Part shown: in pieces, positions 17,392 through 35,649 of the stretch
Position numbering within the stretch: the first letter of the stretch is position 1
Layout of the letters: the number at the start of each line of letters is the position of its first letter
NCBI GenBank assembly: GCA_024641635.1
Contig: JAHECS010000004.1
Coordinates: 92,826-156,825, forward strand
From: Actinomycetes bacterium
Lineage (GTDB): Bacteria; Actinomycetota; Actinomycetes; S36-B12
Direction of reading: 5' to 3'
DNA: 64,000 nucleotides
Program-made: the position numbers and the translations under genes
The notes under the pieces: model-generated
Database searches by the model: none
What the model was told of the DNA's origin: nothing
What the model saw: only the letters and a program-made list of their open reading frames with translations

Positions 17392-17396
17392 GCAAG
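17382..17396. promoter_or_regulatory. perfect 15-bp palindrome centred on the marR start codon (candidate MarR operator)
   Basis: cttgcat-c-atgcaag; the central cat (17389-17391) is the marR ATG on the minus strand. Confidence 0.4.
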
Positions 17397-17647
17397 TATT
17401 CCACGGACCCCGTCAAAGCGGAAATCACGGTCACGGCTGGATAACACCCGGGTACGAAAAGGCCCGCTGTGCTTGACCTTTGGCCGCAACCGCGTCACCA
17501 TCGGCGTGCGCACGATTGATTCGTGCGGCTGGTCCCAGGGCTACCGCCCGCATGACGAGGATCCGCCAGAGGTGCTCGGCGCAGCAACGCTGTCGCCGCC
17601 GAGCCGCCTCGGACCGGATCGAGGGCATGCGCCGCCATAACCCCGGG

Positions 17648-17677
17648 TTGGACAGCGGTGTGCCCGATGGGTAGACT
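17648..17677 (+). promoter_or_regulatory. candidate rpoBC promoter
   Basis: ttggac (17648-17653), 18-nt spacer, tagact (17672-17677); leaves a leader of about 125 nt before rpoB. Confidence 0.35.
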
Positions 17678-17807
17678 GCCGCTTTGCGCTGCCCTCCAAA
17701 TCTCTGACCCCGACCTGCCATGCCGTGTGAGCGGATTTGACAGGCTGGGTGGCCGAGGCGTGGGCGCAGCGCGTCAGAGATGAAGCGCACCGTGGAAGGA
17801 ACTGATC

Positions 17808-21272
<3,465 letters not shown>

Positions 21273-21337
21273 CCACCTGGCTGCAGACATGGCACCCACG
21301 AACTGACCGAGACCAAGACAAGCGAAGGACACCCAAC

Positions 21338-25210
<3,873 letters not shown>

Positions 25211-25222
25211 TCACGCACGTCA

Positions 25223-25257
25223 CGAGGAGGGGTCGGGCTGTGCCCGGCCCCTCCTCG
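25223..25257 (+). terminator. terminator hairpin after rpoC
   Basis: cgaggaggggtcgggc-tgt-gcccggcccctcctcg: 16-bp stem with one G-U. Confidence 0.7.
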
Positions 25258-25286
25258 CATGTCCGGGCCCCATCGACCTACAGGCG

Positions 25287-25361
25287 AGGAACGTGAGGAA
25301 CGTGCGGCTTTCGTGAACGTGGGCGGGCTGCGGCCGCGTTCCTCTCGTGGATCGAGAGGAA
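25287..25361 (+). promoter_or_regulatory. cluster of GGAACG(TG) motif copies plus a 9-bp hairpin upstream of the repeat-protein gene
   Basis: aggaacgtg at 25287-25295 and 25296-25304, gaacgtg at 25315-25321, inverted gcgttcc at 25336-25342; ttcctctcg-tggat-cgagaggaa at 25339-25361. Confidence 0.35.
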
Positions 25362-25475
25362 GTCCTCGGACTTGAGAGCCGGCAGGCGCCTCGCCGGAAG
25401 CCTCCCGAGAACCTCGTGCGGTGTCCTTCTCCTTACACGCCGGCTCCACGCCGGCCTCGCTGACTGGGAGAAGAA

Positions 25476-26486
25476 GTGACGTCCACGGCCGCCAAGACCT
25501 GGAAGCCCACGTACAACGCACCTTCGCGCAAGCGCCTCAATGTGATCGTCCGCGCGGCTGTCGCGACGTCGACGATCGGCGGAATGATGCTGACGGCAGC
25601 GCCGGCCTTCGCCACCCCGTCTCCCAAGCAGGACATGTGCCACGCCACAGGGTCGGGCGGTTGGGTGTCGATCACCGTGAACACGTCAAGCGTCGATGAG
25701 CTAAACGAGAGCGCCGCAAATGGGCACGGCAGCCATTCCGGCGACATCATTCCGAGTTTCCCCTACATGGTGACCCCTCGCGGCAAGGGCGCTCCCGAGC
25801 CGTACGAGGCTGTCTTCCTCGGACTGAACTGGGATGCCGAGCATGAGGCCATCTTCAAGAACGGCTGCGCGGTCGTTCCGCAGTCCGAGGGTGACGAGCA
25901 GTCCGGTGGCGAGCAGTCCGGTGGCGAGCAGTCCGGTGGCGAGCAGTCCGGTGGCGAGCAGTCCGGTGGCGAGCAGTCCGAGGGTGGCGAGCAGTCCGAG
26001 GGTGGCGAGCAGTCCGAGGGTGGCGAGCAGTCCGAGGGTGGCGAGCAGTCCCAGGCCGGTGGCGAGCAGTCCGGTGGCGAGCAGTCCGGTGGCGAGCAGT
26101 CCGGTGGCGAGCAGTCCGGTGGCGAGCAGTCCGGTGACGAGCAGGCTACGCGCGTCGAAGCACCAGTCGTGGAGGGTGCCGTCGTCGAAGCACCAGCCGT
26201 GGACGCTGTCGTCGTCGTCGAAGGGCCAGTCCTCGAGGCGGCAGTCGTGGAGGCGGCAGTCGTGGGGGCCGCCGGGACTCCGGTCCCAGCGACGGTCGTC
26301 CTGCCTGCTGCGGCACCCGCCCGGGCAAGCGTTGCGGTCCCGTCAGCGGCCATCCTGCCCTCCGCCATCGAGGCCGGCGGCGGCTCCACTCAGGCCGACT
26401 TCCCGATCTGGGGCGTCGCGATGATCGTGGCAGCGGCACTCGCCGCGGCCGGCGCGGGCACGCGGTTGCTCAAGAACGAGGCCTAG
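25476..26486 (+). CDS. secreted, C-terminally membrane-anchored tandem-repeat protein (hypothetical surface protein)
   Basis: 336 aa; GTG after gggaga. Signal peptide ...MMLTAAPAFA-TP; Cys/His-containing domain CHATGSGGWVSITV...GHGSHSGDIIPSF; (EQSGG)/(EQSEGG) array; V/A/E-rich segment; C-terminal TM helix plus RLLKNEA tail. Confidence 0.75.
   Translation: MTSTAAKTWKPTYNAPSRKRLNVIVRAAVATSTIGGMMLTAAPAFATPSPKQDMCHATGSGGWVSITVNTSSVDELNESAANGHGSHSGDIIPSFPYMVTPRGKGAPEPYEAVFLGLNWDAEHEAIFKNGCAVVPQSEGDEQSGGEQSGGEQSGGEQSGGEQSGGEQSEGGEQSEGGEQSEGGEQSEGGEQSQAGGEQSGGEQSGGEQSGGEQSGGEQSGDEQATRVEAPVVEGAVVEAPAVDAVVVVEGPVLEAAVVEAAVVGAAGTPVPATVVLPAAAPARASVAVPSAAILPSAIEAGGGSTQADFPIWGVAMIVAAALAAAGAGTRLLKNEA
25896..26138 (+). 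repeat. 243-bp in-frame tandem array: 5 x 15 bp, 4 x 18 bp, 1 x 21 bp, 5 x 15 bp
   Basis: gagcagtccggtggc x5 (25896-25970), gagcagtccgagggtggc x4 (25971-26042), gagcagtcccaggccggtggc (26043-26063), gagcagtccggtggc x4 plus gagcagtccggtgac (26064-26138); copies within each block are identical. Confidence 0.95.
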
Positions 26487-26504
26487 GCGCCCGATCGACC
26501 CGGT

Positions 26505-26540
26505 CAACGGTCCCGCACCCCCCCGGGTGCGGGACCGTTG
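26505..26540 (+). terminator. terminator hairpin after the repeat-protein gene
   Basis: caacggtcccgcaccc-cccc-gggtgcgggaccgttg: 16-bp perfect stem. It overlaps the track ORF start at 26527, arguing for a downstream start of the next gene. Confidence 0.7.
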
Positions 26541-26582
26541 CACGCTTCGGCACGCCTCCATGTCAGTAGCTGAGTCGGGCCC

Positions 26583-26588
26583 TAGATT
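26583..26588 (+). promoter_or_regulatory. candidate -10 element giving a leaderless transcript for the channel-like gene
   Basis: tagatt (TAnnnT) ends 8 nt before GTG 26596; no SD precedes either candidate start. Confidence 0.25.
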
Positions 26589-26595
26589 GGCGCGC

Positions 26596-27483
26596 GTGCC
26601 CGCGGTCAGCACGGAGCCCCCGGAGTCGGTGAGCGCTGGGACGGCGAGGGGCCGGGTCGGTTCCTTCCTGGGTCGGCGAGGCGTGCGTTCTGCGCTTCGA
26701 CTGGGCCTGATAGCGACCTACTCCATCGTGTTCATGTGGGGCGGCTTCTTCGACTGGGCGGGCTGGACCGAGACCTTCCTCTGGTCGGCCGGGGCGATCC
26801 TGTGGATCGTCGTTGCTGCCCTTCTCGTACGCGAGGCACGCAGGAGCGGCAGCTTCTGGCGCTACGTCGTGCGCAACCCGTCGCTGCCGATTCTCCTCGT
26901 CGCCCCGGCCTTCCTGTGGTTCGTGTGGATGCCGATAGTGGCCTTCCTGCTCGTCGTCGTGGCGTACATCCTGGAGCTGCGCAACCACTCTGCGGGCGAC
27001 GGCTTCTGGTTCTCCTTCGGACTCGTGCTCTTTGTCGGAGTGTTCGCGGGCCTCAGCATGGTGGAGGTCGAGAACGAGGCGCACGCGTCGTCCCTGCGCT
27101 CGCCGTCGGATGCGATGTTCTGGGCGTTCGCCAGCCTGCTCAAGCTCAACTACGGACGTTCGCTGTCTCCGGAGACCTCGGACGGGAGGATCCTCGCCAC
27201 GGTGGTCGGCGTCTGTGCGCTGATCGGGGCAAGCTTGTTCACCGCCCAGCTGGTCAAGTGGATCGTGGGATCGGAGCAGGCCGACGGCGCTTCGCCGGAG
27301 TCAGGTGATTCCGACGACGGTGCGGCGGGGGAGGGCCCCGCGGTCATTGGCGACGACGCCAACGCCGCGATCCTCGCCGAGCTGCGTGCGATCCGATCCG
27401 AGCTGGCCGAGCTGCGGGGTCAGACGGCCGGGGCAGATTCGAGCGGGACCGCTCCGGCGTCCGGAGGTACGCTGGTGGAATGA
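26596..27483 (+). CDS. ion-transport (K+-channel-like) membrane protein with non-canonical pore motif
   Basis: Several TM helices, then a pore-helix-like AMFWAFASLLKLNYGRSLSP followed by the final TM ILATVVGVCALIGASLFTAQLV; acidic linker and heptad-like AAILAELRAIRSELAELRG. Start uncertain (GTG 26596, or ATG 26560 in the same frame). Confidence 0.55.
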   Translation: MPAVSTEPPESVSAGTARGRVGSFLGRRGVRSALRLGLIATYSIVFMWGGFFDWAGWTETFLWSAGAILWIVVAALLVREARRSGSFWRYVVRNPSLPILLVAPAFLWFVWMPIVAFLLVVVAYILELRNHSAGDGFWFSFGLVLFVGVFAGLSMVEVENEAHASSLRSPSDAMFWAFASLLKLNYGRSLSPETSDGRILATVVGVCALIGASLFTAQLVKWIVGSEQADGASPESGDSDDGAAGEGPAVIGDDANAAILAELRAIRSELAELRGQTAGADSSGTAPASGGTLVE

Positions 27484-28061
27484 GCGATCAGATACCTCCC
27501 AGCCCCGAATCCGACCCCGAGGGCGCCGCTCCATCGCCGATCGAGCCAGACGCTCCGGCCCCCGACGCCTTCACTCCAGAACCGGCACCGGTCGATGCGG
27601 CCCCTGAGGCGGCCGGCCAGTGGCCCACCGAGGGTTACGTGTCGCCACCACCGACCTACCCCGCCCCAGACACGCCTGCCCCGCCGCCGCCCGCCTATGC
27701 GGCTCCCGAGGCCCCCGCGTACCCGCCGCCCCCCGCATACCCGACGCCCGCCTACCCGGCGACCGGGTACCCCTCGGCTGCAGCGGCCCCCCAGACGTCG
27801 AGCAACGCGATCATCGCTCTCATCCTGGCGATCGTGTCCTGGGCGGTCTGCCCGATCATTCCGGCGATCGTGGCCCTCGTGCTGGCCGGCAACGCCGCAA
27901 AGGAGATCGCGGCGTCCGGCGGACGCATCCAGGGTGCGGGTCTGGTCACCGCCTCGAGGATCGTTTCCTGGGTGAACATCGGCCTGTGGGCGGCGATCAT
28001 CGTCGTGGGCGCGTTCTTCCTCGTCATCGCGATCATCGCGGGGGCGGCGAACAACGCCTGA
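27480..28061 (+). CDS. Pro-rich N-terminus plus DUF4190-type two-TM membrane protein
   Basis: 193 aa; PPPTYPAPDTPAPPPPAYAAPEAPAYPPPPAYPTPAYP, then NAIIALILAIVSWAVCPIIPAIVALVLAGNAAKEI...WVNIGLWAAIIVVGAFFLVIAII. ATG overlaps the upstream stop (ATGA). Confidence 0.7.
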   Translation: MSDQIPPSPESDPEGAAPSPIEPDAPAPDAFTPEPAPVDAAPEAAGQWPTEGYVSPPPTYPAPDTPAPPPPAYAAPEAPAYPPPPAYPTPAYPATGYPSAAAAPQTSSNAIIALILAIVSWAVCPIIPAIVALVLAGNAAKEIAASGGRIQGAGLVTASRIVSWVNIGLWAAIIVVGAFFLVIAIIAGAANNA

Positions 28062-28145
28062 CCCCGCGAATCGGGACAATTCGCCCAGGAGTGGTCGGCC
28101 TGGTCTGTGGGTGACGGACCTCACGGCGGATGCCCGGACCCCGTT

Positions 28146-28175
28146 TTGACTCTCCTCGCGGCCTCCGGGTAACCT
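28146..28175 (+). promoter_or_regulatory. candidate str-operon (rpsL) promoter
   Basis: ttgact (28146-28151), 18-nt spacer, taacct (28170-28175); leaves a structured leader of about 200 nt (gtcgcacc/ggtgcgac, ccgacc/ggtcgg stems). Confidence 0.35.
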
Positions 28176-28383
28176 TGCTCATCGTGCCCAACCCGGTTGG
28201 GCGCGTCCCGACGTGCGCTCCTTCCCCGTGAGCTGCGCACCGGCGCTGATGGCGCCCGGGATCCATCCACGATCTGGATGTCGCACCGCGCGGGCGGAGG
28301 TGCGACACACCCGACCGCGTGGGTCGGAGATGCAGGACAGCACGACCGCACGAGCACATCGACGAGAAGGCAGGAAGGCAACA

Positions 28384-28758
28384 GTGCCAACCATCCAGCA
28401 GCTGGTCCGCAAGGGCCGGCAGGACAAGGTCTCCAAGAACAAGGCGCCGGCGCTCAAGGGCAGCCCGCAGCGCCGTGGCGTCTGCACGCGCGTCTACACG
28501 ACCACGCCGAAGAAGCCGAACTCGGCTCTCCGCAAGGTCGCGCGCGTCCGCCTCAGCTCGGGCGTGGAGGTCACCGCCTACATCCCCGGCGTGGGCCACA
28601 ACCTGCAGGAGCACTCGATCGTGCTCGTCCGTGGCGGTCGTGTCCGCGACCTGCCCGGCGTTCGTTACAAGGTCATCCGTGGCGCTCTCGACACCCAGGG
28701 CGTAAAGAACCGCAAGCAGGCGCGTTCGCGCTACGGCGCGAAGAAGGAGAAGGGCTAA
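28384..28758 (+). CDS. rpsL: 30S ribosomal protein S12 (uS12)
   Basis: GTG 28384; [55 protein letters not shown]. Confidence 0.97.
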   Translation: MPTIQQLVRKGRQDKVSKNKAPALKGSPQRRGVCTRVYTTTPKKPNSALRKVARVRLSSGVEVTAYIPGVGHNLQEHSIVLVRGGRVRDLPGVRYKVIRGALDTQGVKNRKQARSRYGAKKEKG

Positions 28759-29228
28759 TGCCTCGCAAGGGTCCCGCCGCCAAGCGGCCCGTCGTCATCG
28801 ACCCGGTCTACGGCACCCCGATGGTCACTCAGTTGATCAACAAGGTGCTTCTCGACGGCAAGCGCTCTACTGCCGAGCGCATCGTCTACGGCGCCCTCGA
28901 GGGCTGCCGCGAGAAGACCGGTACCGATCCGGTCCAGACGCTGAAGCGTGCCCTCGACAACATCAAGCCGACCCTCGAGGTCCGGTCGCGTCGCGTCGGT
29001 GGCGCCACCTACCAGGTGCCGGTCGAGGTCAAGCCGGGTCGCAGCACCACGCTGGCCCTGCGCTGGCTCATCGGCTACTCACGGCAGCGCCGCGAGAAGA
29101 CCATGACCGAGCGGCTGATGAACGAGCTTCTCGACGCCTCGAACGGCCTCGGCGCCGCTGTGAAGAAGCGCGAGGACACGCACAAGATGGCGGAGTCCAA
29201 CAAGGCCTTCGCGCACTACCGCTGGTAA
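28758..29228 (+). CDS. rpsG: 30S ribosomal protein S7 (uS7)
   Basis: ATG 28758 overlapping the rpsL stop (TAATG); [44 protein letters not shown]. Confidence 0.97.
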   Translation: MPRKGPAAKRPVVIDPVYGTPMVTQLINKVLLDGKRSTAERIVYGALEGCREKTGTDPVQTLKRALDNIKPTLEVRSRRVGGATYQVPVEVKPGRSTTLALRWLIGYSRQRREKTMTERLMNELLDASNGLGAAVKKREDTHKMAESNKAFAHYRW

Positions 29229-29272
29229 CCCCACCCCAAGACTGAACCTCGAGAACAGACGGAGAACTGAGC

Positions 29273-31372
<2,100 letters not shown>

Positions 31373-31423
31373 TCGCGGATCACTGAAACACAAGAGAACA
31401 GAACCAAAGAAACCGATCCGCGA
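31373..31423 (+). other. 9-bp stem enclosing an A-rich, low-GC 33-nt loop in the fusA-tuf spacer
   Basis: tcgcggatc (31373-31381) / gatccgcga (31415-31423) around actgaaacacaagagaacagaaccaaagaaacc. Confidence 0.5.
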
Positions 31424-31458
31424 TACCGCTGGACGGCTAACTACAAGGGAGAACTCAG

Positions 31459-32655
31459 GTGGCTAAGGCCAAGTTTGAGCGCACCAAGCCGCACGTCAAC
31501 ATCGGCACCATCGGTCACATCGACCATGGCAAGACGACGCTGACGGCCGCAATCACCAAGGTGCTGCACGACGCGTACCCGGACGTGAACCCGTTCACGC
31601 CGTTCGACATGATCGACAAGGCTCCTGAGGAGCGTCAGCGCGGCATCACGATCTCGATCGCGCACGTCGAGTACCAGACCGAGGCGCGCCACTACGCGCA
31701 CGTCGACTGCCCCGGTCACGCCGACTACATCAAGAACATGATCACCGGTGCGGCCCAGATGGACGGTGCGATCCTCGTCGTCGCCGCCACTGACGGCCCG
31801 ATGCCGCAGACCAAGGAGCACGTCCTCCTGGCCCGCCAGGTCGGCGTCCCCTCGATCGTCGTCGCGCTGAACAAGTGCGACATGGTCGATGACGAGGAGC
31901 TCATCGAGCTCGTCGAGATGGAGGTCCGCGAGCTGCTGTCCACCTACGAGTTCCCCGGCGACGACATCCCCGTCGTGCGCGTGGCGGCCTTCCCGGCGCT
32001 GCAGGGTGACGAGAAGTGGGGCGCCTCGATCCTCGAGCTCATGAACGCGGTCGACGAGTACATCCCGACCCCCGAGCGCGAGATCGACAAGCCGTTCCTC
32101 ATGCCCGTCGAGGACGTCTTCACGATCACCGGCCGTGGCACCGTCGTCACCGGTCGCATCGAGCGCGGCATCGTCAAGGTCAACGAGGAGATCGAGGTCG
32201 TGGGCATCCACCCCGGCCCGCCCACCAAGACCGTCGTGACCGGCGTCGAGATGTTCCGCAAGCTCCTCGACGAGGGCCAGGCTGGCGAGAACGTGGGCCT
32301 GCTGCTCCGCGGCGTGAAGCGCGAGGACGTCGAGCGCGGCCAGGTCTGCTGCAAGCCGGGCTCCATCACCCCGCACACCGACTTCGAGGCTCAGGTCTAC
32401 ATCCTGTCCAAGGACGAGGGCGGCCGTCACACGCCGTTCTTCAACAACTACCGCCCGCAGTTCTACTTCCGCACCACGGACGTGACCGGCGTCGTGACCC
32501 TCCCCGAGGGCAAGGACATGGTCATGCCGGGCGACAACACCGACATGTTGGTCGAGCTGATCCAGCCGATCGCCATGGAGGAGGGCCTGCGCTTCGCCAT
32601 CCGCGAGGGTGGTCGCACCGTCGGTGCGGGCCGGGTCATCAAGATCAACAAGTAG
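31459..32655 (+). CDS. tuf: elongation factor Tu
   Basis: 398 aa; GTG start after gggaga; [31 protein letters not shown]. Confidence 0.97.
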   Translation: MAKAKFERTKPHVNIGTIGHIDHGKTTLTAAITKVLHDAYPDVNPFTPFDMIDKAPEERQRGITISIAHVEYQTEARHYAHVDCPGHADYIKNMITGAAQMDGAILVVAATDGPMPQTKEHVLLARQVGVPSIVVALNKCDMVDDEELIELVEMEVRELLSTYEFPGDDIPVVRVAAFPALQGDEKWGASILELMNAVDEYIPTPEREIDKPFLMPVEDVFTITGRGTVVTGRIERGIVKVNEEIEVVGIHPGPPTKTVVTGVEMFRKLLDEGQAGENVGLLLRGVKREDVERGQVCCKPGSITPHTDFEAQVYILSKDEGGRHTPFFNNYRPQFYFRTTDVTGVVTLPEGKDMVMPGDNTDMLVELIQPIAMEEGLRFAIREGGRTVGAGRVIKINK

Positions 32656-32684
32656 TCACCTGACTGCCTGCTGATCCCGCGAAC

Positions 32685-32721
32685 TTCGTGGGGGGCGGCG
32701 CGACCCGCTGCCCCCCACGAA
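32685..32721 (+). terminator. terminator/attenuator hairpin after tuf
   Basis: ttcgtggggggc / gccccccacgaa: 12-bp stem with 13-nt loop, followed by atcgaaa. Confidence 0.6.
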
Positions 32722-32800
32722 ATCGAAAGCGGAGCACCACCGAGCACCACCAGCACGACACACCAGAAGCGGCACTACACGAGTAAGGACACCAGCCACC

Positions 32801-33109
32801 ATGGCGGGACAGAAGATCCGCATCCGGCTCAAGGCCTACGACCATGAGGTCATCGACTCCTCGGCGCGCAAGATCGTCGAGACGGTGACCCGCACGGGCG
32901 CCCAGGTCGCGGGACCGGTGCCGCTGCCGACGGAGAAGAACGTCTACTGCGTCATTCGCTCGCCGCACAAGTACAAGGACAGCCGCGAGCACTTCGAGAT
33001 GCGTACCCACAAGCGCCTCATCGACATCCTCGACCCCACCCCCAAGACGGTGGACTCCCTGATGCGGCTGGATCTCCCGGCCGGCGTCGACATCGAGATC
33101 AAGCTCTAG
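32801..33109 (+). CDS. rpsJ: 30S ribosomal protein S10 (uS10)
   Basis: 102 aa; [29 protein letters not shown]. Confidence 0.97.
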   Translation: MAGQKIRIRLKAYDHEVIDSSARKIVETVTRTGAQVAGPVPLPTEKNVYCVIRSPHKYKDSREHFEMRTHKRLIDILDPTPKTVDSLMRLDLPAGVDIEIKL

Positions 33110-33141
33110 ACCTGTAGACCACTGAGGCAAGGACACATCTG

Positions 33142-33792
33142 ATGGGCACCAACGTGAAGGGCGTTCTGGGCGAGAAGCTCGGCATGACCCAGGTCTGGGA
33201 CGAGAACAACAGGGTCGTCCCCGTGACCGTGGTCAAGGCTGGGCCGTGCGTCGTCACCCAGGTCCGCTCCCCCGAGACCGACGGGTACTCGGCCGTGCAG
33301 ATCGCGTTCGGCGCGATCGATCCGCGCAAGGTGAACAAGCCGCAGAGCGGCCACTTCGCCAAGGCCGGCGTCACCCCTCGCCGTCACCTGGTCGAGATCC
33401 GCACCGAGGACGCGTCCGAGTACACCCTGGGGCAGGAGCTCGCTGCTGACACCTTCGAGGCCGGCCAGATGGTCGACGTCATCGGGACGACCAAGGGCAA
33501 GGGCTTCGCCGGCGTCATGAAGCGGCACGGCTTCCACGGCCTGCGCGCCTCCCATGGTGTCCAGCGCAAGCACCGCTCGCCCGGCTCCATCGGTGGCTGC
33601 GCCACCCCGGGCCGCGTGTTCAAGGGCATGAAGATGGCTGGTCGCATGGGCGGCGTTCGGCAGACCACCCAGAACCTGAAGGTGGCCGGCGTCGACACCG
33701 AGCGCGGCCTGCTGCTGCTCAAGGGCGCCGTCCCCGGCCCCAAGGGCGGACTCGTGTTCGTCCGCACCGCTGTGAAGGAGAACCAGGCATGA
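33142..33792 (+). CDS. rplC: 50S ribosomal protein L3 (uL3)
   Basis: 216 aa; [26 protein letters not shown]. Confidence 0.97.
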   Translation: MGTNVKGVLGEKLGMTQVWDENNRVVPVTVVKAGPCVVTQVRSPETDGYSAVQIAFGAIDPRKVNKPQSGHFAKAGVTPRRHLVEIRTEDASEYTLGQELAADTFEAGQMVDVIGTTKGKGFAGVMKRHGFHGLRASHGVQRKHRSPGSIGGCATPGRVFKGMKMAGRMGGVRQTTQNLKVAGVDTERGLLLLKGAVPGPKGGLVFVRTAVKENQA

Positions 33793-34463
33793 CCGCGGTT
33801 GACGTCCGCACTTCGGCGGGCAAGGCATCCGGCAGCGTCGAGCTGCCGGCGGAGATCTTCGACGTTCAGGTGAACGTGCCGCTGATCCACCAGGTCGTCG
33901 TCGCGCAGCTCGCGGCGGCCCGTCAGGGGTCGGCCGACACCAAGAACCGCGCGGAGGTCCGTGGCGGCGGTCGCAAGCCGTACAAGCAGAAGGGCACCGG
34001 TCGCGCTCGCCAGGGCTCGACCCGCGCTCCGCAGTTCGCCGGCGGCGGCGTCGTCCATGGCCCCACCCCCCGCGACTACGCCCAGCGCACCCCCAAGAAG
34101 ATGAAGGCGGCCGCCCTTCGCGGCGCGCTGTCCGACCGGGCTCGCGACGGACGCATCCACGTCATCACCGAGTTCGTCACCGGCGACACTCCCTCGACCA
34201 AGTCGGCCCTGCAGGCCATCCAGTCGCTGGGCCTCGAGGGCGCACTCCTCATCGCCATCGATCGTGAGGACGACCTCTCGGCGCTGAGCCTGCGCAACGT
34301 GCCGGCGGTGCACGTCCTCTACGTCGACCAGCTGAACACCTACGACGTCCTGTGCAGCGACCAGGTGGTCTTCACCTCCGCCGCGCTCGACGCCTTCCTT
34401 GCCGGGCCCGCCACGGGCAAGTCCGTCAAGGCCGTCGCTACCGAAAGTGAGGCCGCGGAATGA
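33789..34463 (+). CDS. rplD: 50S ribosomal protein L4 (uL4)
   Basis: 224 aa; [30 protein letters not shown]; ATGA overlap with rplC. Confidence 0.97.
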   Translation: MTAVDVRTSAGKASGSVELPAEIFDVQVNVPLIHQVVVAQLAAARQGSADTKNRAEVRGGGRKPYKQKGTGRARQGSTRAPQFAGGGVVHGPTPRDYAQRTPKKMKAAALRGALSDRARDGRIHVITEFVTGDTPSTKSALQAIQSLGLEGALLIAIDREDDLSALSLRNVPAVHVLYVDQLNTYDVLCSDQVVFTSAALDAFLAGPATGKSVKAVATESEAAE

Positions 34464-34759
34464 GGATCGCCGACCCCCGCGACATCCTGATCGCCCCGGT
34501 GATCTCGGAGAAGAGCTACTCGCTCCTCGACGAGAACAAGTACACCTTCCTGGTGTCCCCGGACGCGAACAAGACGCAGATCAAGCTTGCGGTGCAGGAC
34601 GTGTTCGGCGTCAAGGTGACGTCCGTGAACACGAACAACCGCGAGGGCAAGCGCCTTCGCACGCGCACCGGCTTCGGCCGTCGCGCGTCGACCAAGCGCG
34701 CCATCGTCACCGTCGCCGCGGGTGACCGCATCGACATCTTCGGAGGCCCGGTCTCCTGA
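34460..34759 (+). CDS. rplW: 50S ribosomal protein L23 (uL23)
   Basis: 99 aa; [28 protein letters not shown]; ATGA overlap with rplD. Confidence 0.97.
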   Translation: MRIADPRDILIAPVISEKSYSLLDENKYTFLVSPDANKTQIKLAVQDVFGVKVTSVNTNNREGKRLRTRTGFGRRASTKRAIVTVAAGDRIDIFGGPVS

Positions 34760-34804
34760 CCGGGTATCTGACGGGCCTTCCACACACGAGACGGAAAGAC
34801 AGCT

Positions 34805-35641
34805 ATGGGAATCCGCAAGTACAAGCCGACAACGCCGGGCCGTCGTGGCTCCAGCGTGGCCGACTTCGTCGAGGTCACCCGGTCCGAGCCGGAGAAGTCG
34901 CTGGTGCGCCCGCTGCCCAAGAAGGGCGGCCGCAACAACTCGGGCAAGATCACCACGCGGCACCAGGGTGGCGGCCACAAGCGCGCCTACCGCGTCATCG
35001 ACTTCCGTCGTGCCGACAAGGACGGCGTGCCGGCGAAGGTCGCTCACATCGAGTACGACCCCAACCGGACTGCCCGTATCGCGCTGCTGCACTACGCGGA
35101 CGGCGAGAAGCGCTACATCATCGCGCCGAACAAGATGAAGCAGGGCGACCCGATCGAGACCGGCCCCAGCGCCGACATCAAGCCGGGTAACAACCTCCCG
35201 CTTCGCAACATCCCTGTCGGCACCGTGATCCACGCAGTGGAGATCAAGCCCGGGGGTGGCGCGAAGATCGCCCGCTCCGCCGGTTCGTCGGTCCAGCTCG
35301 TGGCGAAGGACGGCCCGTACGCGCAGCTGCGCATGCCGTCGGGCGAGATCCGCAACGTCGACCTGCGCTCGCGCGCGACGGTCGGCGAGGTCGGCAATGC
35401 CGAGCAGTCCAACATCAACTGGGGCAAGGCCGGACGCATGCGCTGGAAGGGCAAGCGCCCGACCGTCCGCGGTGTGGCCATGAACCCGGTCGACCACCCG
35501 CACGGTGGCGGTGAGGGCAAGACGTCCGGCGGCCGGCACCCGGTCAACCCGAACGGCAAGCCCGAGGGCCGTACCCGCAAGGCCAACAAGGCCAGCGACA
35601 AGTTCATCGTCCGCCGCCGCAAGTCCGGCAAGAAGCGTTAG
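34805..35641 (+). CDS. rplB: 50S ribosomal protein L2 (uL2)
   Basis: 278 aa; [17 protein letters not shown]..., [15 protein letters not shown]. Confidence 0.97.
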   Translation: MGIRKYKPTTPGRRGSSVADFVEVTRSEPEKSLVRPLPKKGGRNNSGKITTRHQGGGHKRAYRVIDFRRADKDGVPAKVAHIEYDPNRTARIALLHYADGEKRYIIAPNKMKQGDPIETGPSADIKPGNNLPLRNIPVGTVIHAVEIKPGGGAKIARSAGSSVQLVAKDGPYAQLRMPSGEIRNVDLRSRATVGEVGNAEQSNINWGKAGRMRWKGKRPTVRGVAMNPVDHPHGGGEGKTSGGRHPVNPNGKPEGRTRKANKASDKFIVRRRKSGKKR

Positions 35642-35649
35642 GGATAGAC

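Noticed and set aside
25763-26424. Alternative-frame ORFs (208 aa minus strand, 196 aa plus strand) across the repeat array
   Set aside because: They exist only because the 15/18-bp repeats lack stops in every frame. The frame starting at 25476 has an SD, a signal peptide, a folded-looking domain and a C-terminal anchor.
26380-26486. Sortase (LPXTG/LAXTG) sorting signal at the C-terminus of the repeat protein
   Set aside because: A hydrophobic helix and basic tail are present, but the preceding sequence (AILPSAIEAGGGSTQADFP) contains no LPXTG or LAXTG motif. I therefore report only a C-terminal membrane anchor.
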